64,000 nucleotides of DNA. It comes from a virus. The stretch covers positions 64,001 through 128,000 of IMG/VR virus record IMGVR_UViG_3300028800_000002. The stretch is one strand, 5' to 3'. This document shows, one piece after another, positions 34,629 to 43,525 of the stretch. Each line of letters opens with the position of its first letter. Position 1 is the stretch's first letter. The notes beneath the pieces are model-generated. The model had not been told where the DNA came from. It saw only the letters and a list, made by a program, of their open reading frames with translations, and did no database searches. A program made the position numbers and the translations under genes.

Positions 34629-36788
34629 ATGACCCAGGCACTCTATCTAGTCCCGCAACTTGAGTTCGAAAAGTCTGCTGCGGAGACCGCACTGCCAGAG
34701 GACCCCAACCAGTGGCCTGACGCGGCGCTTCAAGAGCTATACAAGCAGGTCCCCTACTTGGCCGATTTCGATCTGCACGTGAACATGGAGAGTGTGGATG
34801 GAGAGCGTGGTTACGGTCTTGGCCACGTTGAAGTGACCAACAAGACTGAGGCCCCGATGACTTCTCCTCAGGATCAAATGGTTGCCGCGGGCATTCGTAC
34901 TGCACGTATTCCAGTCATCATCAAAGATAGTAAGTTGGCTCCCTTCGATGTCATATTGACCGACGATGCGCGGGCACTTCCGCTTACTGAGAGTCGACTT
35001 CGCCAGGCGATGTTTCGCCCGCAGAACTTCGATGTGACCAGCAAGACCCCTGGTGACCAGTCCATGATTGGGCAGCTCTACCCACCATACCGGCAGAACT
35101 ATGGCTTCGGTGGTGGTGGCGTAGCCACGAGCGCCGGCATGGGTGGAAAGACAGCTGCGAAGCATGCATCCCTTGAGGAGTGGCTGGAGAGTGAGGCAAC
35201 GGTCAAGACTGCTTCGGCTAAGTCGCGTAATCCTCAGCTACATGGCATGCGCATGGCAGCGTTGGACTCAGCGGTTGCCAAAGGTGCAGAGAAGACAGGA
35301 TCCATTTTGGCAGCGGTATTGCCGATGGCCAATGCCTCCGACTTAGCTGACTTCAAGCTGTGCTTGCTGGATACGAACATAAAGCTTGCGTTTGCCTCCA
35401 ATGTGGCAACGCATGATTCACTCATTCTTCTTTCAGAGGCACAGCCGACTCCGCTCGAGAAGCGTGCAGCAGCCATGCTGGATAACTTGGTTGCTAGTGT
35501 GACGCAGATCGTCAAGCTGCATGAAGGGTATGCAGTCAAGACTGCGAGTCACCGTGCCTGGGACCCGCGCGAGATTATTCTCAACCGTGGGGAGTTGGTG
35601 CACCGGTTCGGGCCTAAGATTGCGCTCGCGGCGGATACCTCGGGTGCGGTAACGATGTCCGAGGGTGAGGGGGTTTCTGAGGAGGGTATGGGTGCTCCGG
35701 TTGGGACTGGCGCTGGACCCATTTCGGCCCCCGGTATGTACCAAGTGCAGTCGGTCGAAGGTGAGATGTTGACCGGCGTGGTGATTCCCAACCTGCTCGA
35801 TGTGGATGGGAGCTCTCTGCCCATTGCATTCTTTACCGATGGCTCGCACGCCGCGGTGCAGTCCGATGTCTCGGGAGTTCCCGTGGGTGAGTTTACGGCC
35901 CCTGGGTCAGTCCCCGCGGGACAGGCGAGTGGGCATGGGGTGTTCTTTACCGAGGCGGGAGGTGTGCCATGTGCCACGTTGCCTTTGACGTTGGGCGCCT
36001 CGGTGCAAGGTGCCGGCGTTGATGAGCAGCCGCATTTTCAAGCTGAGACGTTTGACGGGCGCCCGGTGCAGGTCAGCGTTCAGCCATACGTAGCCACCGT
36101 GGTGGGTGTGGACGGGAACATGATTATCCCTGATGGATGGATGTGGATTCCCCTGGACCAGGCCGCTGAGGTTTCTCTCGCTGAATCCCCGATGGAAGTT
36201 GGGAAGACAGCGTCTGTGCAGCGCAAATTGGCGTCAGTGGAAGTGCGCGCGGGCGGCCTCGATTGCTTCTCGCTGCGCGGGTATCCGGTCGAGAAGTTGG
36301 CCTCTGATGAGCGCGAGTTCCTGACCCAGGATCGTGCCCTATTTGTTCTGGTAGGTCTTGGGGCCAATCCAGTCTATGCTCAACAGAAATTGGCATCGGC
36401 ATGCTCCGGCGCCAGTCACGTGGAGACGGTGCGTATCGGGCATCAGTTGAAGCTTGCCTCGGAACTGCGCGGGGAGAGCTACACCGAGGCGCAGAACTTC
36501 CTGGGTGCGATGCCGGTGTTCCGTCACCGCATGTGGAAAGAAGCGGCTACGCTCACCGATCCTGTTGCCGTGGACACAGTCTTGTCTCTCGGCTTCATCA
36601 ACCCCGAGAACATTGCGACATTCGTCGGCTACTTGCCAACGCTTGATGAAGCGCAGCGCCGCCTGTGCGAGATACTCATTGGGTCCAGGCTTGGGCTCAA
36701 AGAAGTCCCTGATGGTTCGACGGAACGCGCGATTCGCGCGCTTGAGGATGTGATCGAGGGTCTCAAGGTTGTGGCGTTTCAGGGCTAA
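34629..36788 (+). CDS. large putative virion protein with many K-x-A motifs
   Basis: Start ATG 34629 with AGGAG SD; EKSAA, GKTAA, VKTAS x2, EKRAA, GKTAS, KLAS x4. Confidence 0.75.
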   Translation: MTQALYLVPQLEFEKSAAETALPEDPNQWPDAALQELYKQVPYLADFDLHVNMESVDGERGYGLGHVEVTNKTEAPMTSPQDQMVAAGIRTARIPVIIKDSKLAPFDVILTDDARALPLTESRLRQAMFRPQNFDVTSKTPGDQSMIGQLYPPYRQNYGFGGGGVATSAGMGGKTAAKHASLEEWLESEATVKTASAKSRNPQLHGMRMAALDSAVAKGAEKTGSILAAVLPMANASDLADFKLCLLDTNIKLAFASNVATHDSLILLSEAQPTPLEKRAAAMLDNLVASVTQIVKLHEGYAVKTASHRAWDPREIILNRGELVHRFGPKIALAADTSGAVTMSEGEGVSEEGMGAPVGTGAGPISAPGMYQVQSVEGEMLTGVVIPNLLDVDGSSLPIAFFTDGSHAAVQSDVSGVPVGEFTAPGSVPAGQASGHGVFFTEAGGVPCATLPLTLGASVQGAGVDEQPHFQAETFDGRPVQVSVQPYVATVVGVDGNMIIPDGWMWIPLDQAAEVSLAESPMEVGKTASVQRKLASVEVRAGGLDCFSLRGYPVEKLASDEREFLTQDRALFVLVGLGANPVYAQQKLASACSGASHVETVRIGHQLKLASELRGESYTEAQNFLGAMPVFRHRMWKEAATLTDPVAVDTVLSLGFINPENIATFVGYLPTLDEAQRRLCEILIGSRLGLKEVPDGSTERAIRALEDVIEGLKVVAFQG

Positions 36789-36802
36789 CAAGTAGCTAAG
36801 AA

Positions 36803-36820
36803 TTGGGCGTCAACGCCCAA
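36803..36820. terminator. short hairpin between convergent genes
   Basis: TTGGGCG-TCAA-CGCCCAA between stops at 36788 (+) and 36834 (-); U-tract weak. Confidence 0.4.
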
Positions 36821-36833
36821 CCCCTCGGAGGTA

Positions 36834-37253
36834 CTAGAGACACTCAACAGTGACTCTTTGCCTCCGTTTCAATAATTCGCGCTGATGATAGATTTCGTGT
36901 AGAGCTAGACTGACGCTATGTTCCCCCATTATTACAAGCCAACGCAGTTCATCCGGGTTGCATTCAGGATAGAAGTAGAACCCTATAGGGGTGTACTTTA
37001 CGTTAGCTCCGTTTGTAGTTTTGAGATTTCCTCTGTGTTGCGTCGCCGTCATCATCATTGATAGAGCTTTCGCGTCATCACTATCGAGTCGGACAAATAG
37101 GTAAGGCTTGGGTCCTCGTATGAATTTTGCTGTGACGCGTACTACTGATGCCCCAGATTCTAGAGCCTCTTGAAGTATTCTTCCGATGTCGATGAAGGCT
37201 GGGATTACTCGGAAGTTCCAATGTTTGACGGGTACAACTGCTATTTGCGGCAT
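36834..37253 (-). CDS. hypothetical protein (139 aa)
   Basis: AAGGAG SD; lower GC than neighbours by eye. Confidence 0.6.
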   Translation of the reverse strand: MPQIAVVPVKHWNFRVIPAFIDIGRILQEALESGASVVRVTAKFIRGPKPYLFVRLDSDDAKALSMMMTATQHRGNLKTTNGANVKYTPIGFYFYPECNPDELRWLVIMGEHSVSLALHEIYHQRELLKRRQRVTVECL

Positions 37254-37288
37254 GTAATGCTCCTTCTAGTTGTATTATCCCCTCGTGC

Positions 37289-37297
37289 TGCTATCTT
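37289..37297 (+). promoter_or_regulatory. putative extended -10 promoter (TGCTATCTT), leaderless
   Basis: Hexamer ends 6 nt before GTG 37304, which has no SD. Confidence 0.5.
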
Positions 37298-37303
37298 TTT
37301 CAT

Positions 37304-38329
37304 GTGATACGACGTACACCGGCGGAGAGATATTACAAGTACTTGGTCATCCATCCCGGGTGCTATGACGACCAGCACATCAAGGACATAGCCTTTGAGC
37401 TCGGCCTCGACTACTTGGGAGACTGGTACATTCAATGGCTACGTGACCGCATGCGGCCTCCATCACCGTTTCATCCTGAGGATGAAACTCATACCAGGTC
37501 GCAGCAGTATTTGCTTCGTGAAGGTTTACTGAAAGTGTTCTTGCCAGATAAGGACATGGATAAAGCCACACGTATTCTGAGTCGCCCGCGGTGGCGTGAA
37601 CTTGTGGAGACGTTGATTCTGTCTAGAGCCCCGCTCCCTGCGATAGTGCATGCGCTGCGGGTGCGGCACAGCGTGGTTGCTACCGAGGCAGCGATCCGCC
37701 TTTACAAGTACTACTACTGGGATATCGACTTGCTCGACAGTACCGAGATGAGGGCCCTACTAGAGATGAGGTACACGGGTGGGCTCTTCACTAGCAGCGC
37801 TACCCCTGGAGCAGACCTTTCTAGGTTGTCGCAAATGCCAGCCCTGGAGAAGAGTCGGTACAACGACCCACGCTATGCTGCAGCCCGCTTGCCCGCATCC
37901 CCTATTTCTGCCGTCATTGCTCAGACCAACCTGGGGGTGATGCCGAAGAAAGTGGACGTTGAGCTTGTAGTTTCCCACACGTTGGCCATGGCTTCGTGTA
38001 GGACATTAGAAGCGGCCTACCTTGGAGGTCCTGGCGGCGCTCAGATCTCTCAGGGTTTCTCCGCTGTCGCTGAGACCATGACGCGCCTGAAGGAAGCAGT
38101 GGTCAATCCGGAGACTAATCTTCGAGAGGATTTGCGTAGAATCACGGTTGCTACAACGACCGTCATTGTTCCTACCTTGCGCGAGCTCACCGGCGGGAAC
38201 CATACTGTCAATATTCAACCTGACGCCAAGCCCGATGCTGATGAGATATTCGAAGAAGATGACGATGCTATAGAAGGTATAGACGCCGCCGAGTTCGAGG
38301 ACAGGGATCCAGCCGATGCAAACAGTTAG
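37304..38329 (+). CDS. hypothetical protein (341 aa) upstream of terminase; small-terminase candidate
   Basis: Long ORF with helical pattern and acidic C-tail; the terS role is positional inference only. Confidence 0.65.
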   Translation: MIRRTPAERYYKYLVIHPGCYDDQHIKDIAFELGLDYLGDWYIQWLRDRMRPPSPFHPEDETHTRSQQYLLREGLLKVFLPDKDMDKATRILSRPRWRELVETLILSRAPLPAIVHALRVRHSVVATEAAIRLYKYYYWDIDLLDSTEMRALLEMRYTGGLFTSSATPGADLSRLSQMPALEKSRYNDPRYAAARLPASPISAVIAQTNLGVMPKKVDVELVVSHTLAMASCRTLEAAYLGGPGGAQISQGFSAVAETMTRLKEAVVNPETNLREDLRRITVATTTVIVPTLRELTGGNHTVNIQPDAKPDADEIFEEDDDAIEGIDAAEFEDRDPADANS

Positions 38330-38759
38330 CAAAGAAGATTTGGCCAGCATGCCGTCTGCGACATTGGAAAATGTCAGTAACGCCACGGTGAAGTTCACCC
38401 AGGTGGAGGACTACACGACATTTCTGGCGGAGTACGCCTTCATCGATGGGGACATCGTGGTGCATTTGTTCCCGCCCATCGAGCAGTACGTGAAAACCGA
38501 TAACGGAGCACGGCTACTCGAGGAGCATTTGCTGCGATGGCAGCGTAGCTTCCCGCTCGTGCTGAGCCCTGTTGCAGAGAAGTACTTTGCGGCTACTCGT
38601 CCAGTCCTGATGGCGCAGTATGTCCCAGAAATGACGAGCTGGTACTTCAAGGCTGGGGGGTTTGCCCGGACTCTTTCGCCGAAGGAGCTTGTTCTTGGTT
38701 TTTTTGCCCGTCTGGATGAGGCGGTCGATGCCGCCTACGCCCATCCCATTTCTTCTTAG
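38316..38759 (+). CDS. hypothetical protein (147 aa)
   Basis: Overlaps the preceding gene. Confidence 0.6.
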   Translation: MQTVSKEDLASMPSATLENVSNATVKFTQVEDYTTFLAEYAFIDGDIVVHLFPPIEQYVKTDNGARLLEEHLLRWQRSFPLVLSPVAEKYFAATRPVLMAQYVPEMTSWYFKAGGFARTLSPKELVLGFFARLDEAVDAAYAHPISS

Positions 38760-39009
38760 GTTTGGGAGGAGTGTATTCAGCAAGGAACTCGATATAGCCA
38801 CGCTTGTGGCTTAGTCCAGTTACTTTCCAATGTGAGCTTCTGGCATAGCGTTGGATGTAATTGGAGGCTATCTTCCAGATCGCAGGTTGAATTTTCTCGG
38901 CTAACCTCAATGTAATCTTGAAGCCCATGCCTTCAGGGTTTACGGTTGCTTCATCCCCCCAATGACCATCTGCTGCACTTTTGAGAGAGCCCCACAGGTT
39001 TTGTACCAT
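38647..39009 (-). CDS. possible antisense hypothetical protein
   Basis: Fills the otherwise empty 38760-39040 gap, but its low-complexity tail overlaps the + gene by about 110 nt. Confidence 0.3.
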   Translation of the reverse strand: MVQNLWGSLKSAADGHWGDEATVNPEGMGFKITLRLAEKIQPAIWKIASNYIQRYARSSHWKVTGLSHKRGYIEFLAEYTPPKPKKKWDGRRRHRPPHPDGQKNQEQAPSAKESGQTPQP

Positions 39010-39043
39010 CGTTTGAGGGCTCTTGGTGGGTGTCGGGGGGAAC

Positions 39044-40855
39044 ATGGCAGCTATTGAGGTCTATCCTGATGAGTATGGTCCCGATGGTACACCGCTTTCC
39101 GATGAGGAGCTACGTCAAATAGAGCTCGGGGGCTGTTGGGCTCCGGAGGCTGAGCAGTACGTTGACCACTTTGAGGATGAGTTTGATCCCCATGTAGCAA
39201 ACGATGCGCCACCTATGATTCTGCCCTCGGCATTTACGGAATACGCCTTCCGGATGCCGACCCCTGATGGGTTCGAGAACTTCTCGTTTGAAGGTCGGCG
39301 GCATCTTCGGCAGGTGTACGACACTCCGATTCGGCGCATCCTCTTGATGTGTGGCCGCCAGGTGGAGAAGTCCACACTGCTTGGCAACCGGTCATTGAGC
39401 TACTGCTGCCTCATCCCGTCTTACAAGGTGCTTTACGTGAGCCCGTCTGCCACGCAGACCAAGACGTTTTCCAACGACCGTATCAAGGAGCCCATCGAGA
39501 CTAGCCCAGTGTTGCGCGCATTCACGACGCACATGCTGTCTCAGAACATCTTTGAGAAGCAGTTCATCAATCGCTCGAAGATTACATTGCGCAATGCCTT
39601 CTTGAATGCTGACCGTGCCCGCGGCGTCCCCGCGCACATGTTGGACATCGACGAGATTCAGAACATTCTCGCCGACAACATTCCCGTCATTGAGCAGTGC
39701 CTCTCACATTCACCGGAGAACATGAAGCGTTATGTTTACTCCGGAACGCCACTGACGCTGGACAACGTCATTGAGGACTACTGGTCTAATCGTTCCACGC
39801 AGAACCAGTGGGTTGTGCCATGTGATTGCCTAGTGGGGGAGGCGGGTCGTTACTGGAACATCCTTGGTGAGAAGAACATCGGGCTGCACAATCTGATCTG
39901 TGAGCGTTGCGGCAAGCAGATATTCCCAATGTGCACTGATGCCCAGTGGGCATGCTCGGTTGACTACGACCCAGTCCACACACCGTTCGAAGGATTTCGT
40001 ATCCCTCAGTTGATGGTGCCATGGCTCGATTGGGATGAGCTTCTTTACAACTTTGAGCATTACGGTCGAAACAAGTTCTACAACGAAGTACTCGGTATCT
40101 CGTACGACACGGGGCTTCGCCCGTTGACCAGCGCGCAGATTAGAGCCTGCTGCAACGAGAATGTCTTCATGGCAGACGCCCCCAAGTACCAGGGCTTGGG
40201 CTTTGGTCAGGAGATCTTTGCCGGCATCGACTGGGGCACAGGAGAGCATAGCTACACGGTGCTCACGTTGGGGACGTACATCGGAAACAAGTTTAGGATT
40301 TTCTACATCCACAGGTTTGTTGGCGAGGACACAGAGCCTGAGCGCCAGCTGCAGAAGATCGAAGAGGTCTGCCGAGCGTACAACGTGCGCGTTATCGGAG
40401 CCGACTACGGAGGTGGACATTACCCCAATGACTTCCTGGTTCGGCGCTTCGGTAGAGAGCGCGTGATGCGGTATCAGTACGCTGCCCGTTTATCCGCCAA
40501 GGTTAGGTGGGAGCCAAAGCTACAGCGCTGGATTGCGCACCGCACTGAGGTCATGAGTGCGATCTTCAACTCAATCAAGCGTGCCACCGTATTTGAGTTT
40601 CCCCGTTGGAAGGAATTCAAATCCCCCTATGGTCAGGACTGCTTGAACATCTTCAGCGAATACAACGAGAAGATTCGTATGATTCAGTACGGGCACACCG
40701 CCGGCAAGACCGATGACGCCTTCCACTCGATCTTGTATTGCTTCCTTGCCTCTATGGTGACGAAGCCGCGTCCCGATGTAATTGCCCCAGGTAAGGAAGC
40801 TGACGCGATAGGCTCTGTGTGGTCTTCTTACAGCGGCCCAACAAATCAAGGTTGA
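39044..40855 (+). CDS. terL: terminase large subunit
   Basis: Walker A GRQVEKST, Walker B LDIDEIQ, coupling motif YSGTP, nuclease AGIDWG and DDAFHS; CDC/CERC zinc insertion; start ATG 39044. Confidence 0.9.
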   Translation: MAAIEVYPDEYGPDGTPLSDEELRQIELGGCWAPEAEQYVDHFEDEFDPHVANDAPPMILPSAFTEYAFRMPTPDGFENFSFEGRRHLRQVYDTPIRRILLMCGRQVEKSTLLGNRSLSYCCLIPSYKVLYVSPSATQTKTFSNDRIKEPIETSPVLRAFTTHMLSQNIFEKQFINRSKITLRNAFLNADRARGVPAHMLDIDEIQNILADNIPVIEQCLSHSPENMKRYVYSGTPLTLDNVIEDYWSNRSTQNQWVVPCDCLVGEAGRYWNILGEKNIGLHNLICERCGKQIFPMCTDAQWACSVDYDPVHTPFEGFRIPQLMVPWLDWDELLYNFEHYGRNKFYNEVLGISYDTGLRPLTSAQIRACCNENVFMADAPKYQGLGFGQEIFAGIDWGTGEHSYTVLTLGTYIGNKFRIFYIHRFVGEDTEPERQLQKIEEVCRAYNVRVIGADYGGGHYPNDFLVRRFGRERVMRYQYAARLSAKVRWEPKLQRWIAHRTEVMSAIFNSIKRATVFEFPRWKEFKSPYGQDCLNIFSEYNEKIRMIQYGHTAGKTDDAFHSILYCFLASMVTKPRPDVIAPGKEADAIGSVWSSYSGPTNQG

Positions 40856-40885
40856 CCTGATCCTTGACACCCAAATAATACATGT

Positions 40886-41596
40886 CTAGGCGGGTTCAAC
40901 TTCCCGCGGGTACAGATTTGAGATGACTGCGTCGGTGACTTCACTCTTGATGAAGATCTTGTTGGCCACCTTGTACCCATGCCTACCGAGAACGTAGAGA
41001 TAAGCCACGTTGCGCAGGTTCCTTCGTGCAGCATCGAGGCAGGCAAATGCAAAGTCCAGGTTGGCGTCAGTGGCTCGGGCCCGGTGCAGCATGATCTCAT
41101 TGGCTAGTTGCAGGAAGTACTCCCACGGGCTTTCATCAAGCGTGTGGCGCGCGAGCAAATCGAGGTAGGCCTCATCGATTGCGTTGATGACCGCTGCCCA
41201 TTCCATGATGGATCCTGTGCGCCAATCTTCAGGTGGTACACGTAGTTCTTCGCGCACGCGGGCATATAGGTCAAAGATGTCGTCTTCCCCAGTTCCAAGC
41301 TTGTAGTTTTGGATTCCCAAGAAGTGACAGATTTGATCTAGCTTGCTGCTGACGGTGCGGCTAAGTGCCTGCGCTTGGACTGCAAGCATAGCGACCGATG
41401 GCATGTCGAGCTTTTGCTCGCGCACATCGGCCAGCGCGTGCACTTCTTCCACCCGGTACCTGGGCTCGTTGTGCGAGTCACCCGGCGTAAGCGGGTAGAT
41501 GAATCCCCTTCGAACCAACCGGCGCAATTGCCGGCACGAAACGCTCAGGATTTCTGAGGCTTCGGTGTGGCTGATGCTGTTGTCTGGACTTCCCAT
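40886..41596 (-). CDS. HTH (MerR/excisionase-like) DNA-binding protein
   Basis: ISHTEASEILSVSCRQLRRLVRRGFI...PRYRVEEV; start taken as ATG 41596. Confidence 0.65.
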   Translation of the reverse strand: MGSPDNSISHTEASEILSVSCRQLRRLVRRGFIYPLTPGDSHNEPRYRVEEVHALADVREQKLDMPSVAMLAVQAQALSRTVSSKLDQICHFLGIQNYKLGTGEDDIFDLYARVREELRVPPEDWRTGSIMEWAAVINAIDEAYLDLLARHTLDESPWEYFLQLANEIMLHRARATDANLDFAFACLDAARRNLRNVAYLYVLGRHGYKVANKIFIKSEVTDAVISNLYPREVEPA

Positions 41597-41629
41597 GGGC
41601 CGATTCAACGTGCTACTTCTATGGAACGA

Positions 41630-41637
41630 TGTATTGT
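41630..41637 (+). promoter_or_regulatory. putative -10 promoter (TGTATTGT)
   Basis: Hexamer ends 6 nt before GGAG (41644) upstream of ATG 41661. Confidence 0.4.
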
Positions 41638-41660
41638 TGCAACGGAGAAAGGCCAACGCC

Positions 41661-42923
41661 ATGAATGACGCCCCCATGCAGACAATTCTTCAGCAACGGG
41701 ATGCTCGACCCGTTTCCGGGGAGCACTTGGAGGTTCTCGGCAAAGCTGCTGCGACAAGCTGGACCCTTGGTAAGCATGCCTCGCTGAATGACGCCATTGT
41801 GGACACCATTCGCGGGGAGCGCCTTTCCCCCGAGCAGGTCCGGCGCGTGGTGGAGTTCACCAACGGTGACGCTTACCTGCGTGAATTCCGTAAGGAAGGC
41901 GCTGTGCATCGGGTTGTGAACTTTGACTGCGGTCCCGCATCGCCATCTCAGGTGCTTCAGGATTTGAACGATGGAGGCGGGGGCACCATCTCAGATCGAG
42001 GAACATTGGACTACGCGATGACCCCATCTATGGCCAAGCGCGCATCCGCGGATCGTGACACAACCCCCTTGGAGAAGACAGCCAGCGTTGAGCCCGCGCA
42101 GAAGGAGGCTTCTCGTTACGAGGACCATCTGTGGGAGATGTTGGGCGGTAATCCCAAGGGATCGATGCCTTTTGCAGAACCTTTGCGCCCTCTTGAAGAC
42201 CTGAGGCACAAACTGGCGGGGGCGCGCGATGCGACAGCGTCAGAGCTCGATGGTCTTGAAGTGGACTATGCCGACGTGTGCGACCGGCTGCATGGCCACG
42301 TGAAGCAGGCGTCTCTCGATGGAACTTCCCTTGGAGATATCGTGCGGGCCTGGGCCACTGTGGAATCTGATCCGGTGTACGTGAAGGTAGCGTTCAGTAT
42401 GCTGACTCCCCGCTTTCAGCGTGAGCAGCTATTCCCCTCGTTGGATGCCATCGGAGCTTCGCTCGAGAAGCGCGCCATGCGCGGCGAGGTGAATCCTCAG
42501 CATGATTTGGTCACGACATATGCCGAGTTTGTCGATGTTTTGAACAAGCTGGCCTCCATGCGTGTGGCGCACGACGAGCTCTCCGCCGGCGCGGACACTA
42601 CGGAGTCCTTGCTGAAACAAGGGGGAGGTGTCCTTGGGGCAGCAAAAAAAGGCCTTTCGATGGCCAGCCACGGCATTGATGCCGCGTCAAAACCACTCGC
42701 CCACATCCTTGTGGGCCCGCGTGATGCCAAGAAACTAGCTCCGGTGTTGGCCACGGGAGGCAAAGCGGTTGGCCTGCTTGGCGCAGGACTTGCCGGGAAT
42801 GCAGCAGTGCAGAGTGTCACAGATCGCCCTGCTGTGCAGAACACGACACGGGCGATCAAGTCTGTGGTGCCAGGCACCGCCGAGTATCAAAACCGTCGAT
42901 ATCGTAATATGACAGGGCAGTAA
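41661..42923 (+). CDS. putative head/core protein with K-x-A motifs and C-terminal glycine zipper
   Basis: Start ATG 41661; KRAS, EKTAS, KEAS, KQAS, EKRAM, KLAS; GKAVGLLGAGLAGNAAV. Confidence 0.7.
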   Translation: MNDAPMQTILQQRDARPVSGEHLEVLGKAAATSWTLGKHASLNDAIVDTIRGERLSPEQVRRVVEFTNGDAYLREFRKEGAVHRVVNFDCGPASPSQVLQDLNDGGGGTISDRGTLDYAMTPSMAKRASADRDTTPLEKTASVEPAQKEASRYEDHLWEMLGGNPKGSMPFAEPLRPLEDLRHKLAGARDATASELDGLEVDYADVCDRLHGHVKQASLDGTSLGDIVRAWATVESDPVYVKVAFSMLTPRFQREQLFPSLDAIGASLEKRAMRGEVNPQHDLVTTYAEFVDVLNKLASMRVAHDELSAGADTTESLLKQGGGVLGAAKKGLSMASHGIDAASKPLAHILVGPRDAKKLAPVLATGGKAVGLLGAGLAGNAAVQSVTDRPAVQNTTRAIKSVVPGTAEYQNRRYRNMTGQ

Positions 42924-42925
42924 CC

Positions 42926-43486
42926 ATGGCGAATCCAGTCGAAGAGTTCCTCCTTGTGAAACAGGCGTTGGGTTTTAGGGAGGCGTTGACCTCTCCTACA
43001 GCGAAACGTCTTGGCGGTGCTGCCGGTTCCGCGTTAGCTGCGGGTGCGGGCGCTGCGGCTTTTGCCGGCGCCGTTGGCGCTACCGAGAAGTTGTACTTGG
43101 CGGCGACTAAGTCTCGAGATTTTCGGAAGATGATCGAGGCTAATCCAGACTTACGCGAGCATCAGTCGCAAGACTCGGCTGGGTTCAATCGGATGTTCAC
43201 CTCACTACGCACCTTTGCTCCTGACTTCACACGTGAGCCCATGGTCGCTGGTGCTTACATGCGTAACGCCATGCTCTCTGATGAAGAAAGCCGTGGAATG
43301 CTAGGAGTTCGAGCTCAAGGTGAACTTCGTCAGCAACGGCAAGGAGCCATTCCTGAGGCTGCAATGTCAGGCTTTCAGAAGAATTTGGATACGGGCAAGA
43401 AGCCCATTGGGCAGACAAAGCACGTGTACGATCCAGAGGGTGATGGCTGGAAGCGCACGGAAGACTCAGAGAGTCGTTACGCGTGA
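42926..43486 (+). CDS. putative virion protein with N-terminal hydrophobic Gly/Ala segment
   Basis: VKQAL motif at residues 10-14, then GGAAGSALAAGAGAAAFAGAVG. Confidence 0.65.
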   Translation: MANPVEEFLLVKQALGFREALTSPTAKRLGGAAGSALAAGAGAAAFAGAVGATEKLYLAATKSRDFRKMIEANPDLREHQSQDSAGFNRMFTSLRTFAPDFTREPMVAGAYMRNAMLSDEESRGMLGVRAQGELRQQRQGAIPEAAMSGFQKNLDTGKKPIGQTKHVYDPEGDGWKRTEDSESRYA

Positions 43487-43510
43487 CGCTGACTTCAGCA
43501 GCAATCTTCA

Positions 43511-43519
43511 TGGTATTGT
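43511..43519 (+). promoter_or_regulatory. putative extended -10 promoter (TGGTATTGT), leaderless
   Basis: Hexamer ends 6 nt before GTG 43526 of the protease gene, which has no SD. Confidence 0.5.
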
Positions 43520-43525
43520 ATTGAT

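Noticed and set aside
42644-42650. A7 run as a programmed -1 frameshift site
   Set aside because: The -1 frame stops at 42677 after nine codons and I saw no convincing downstream stimulatory structure
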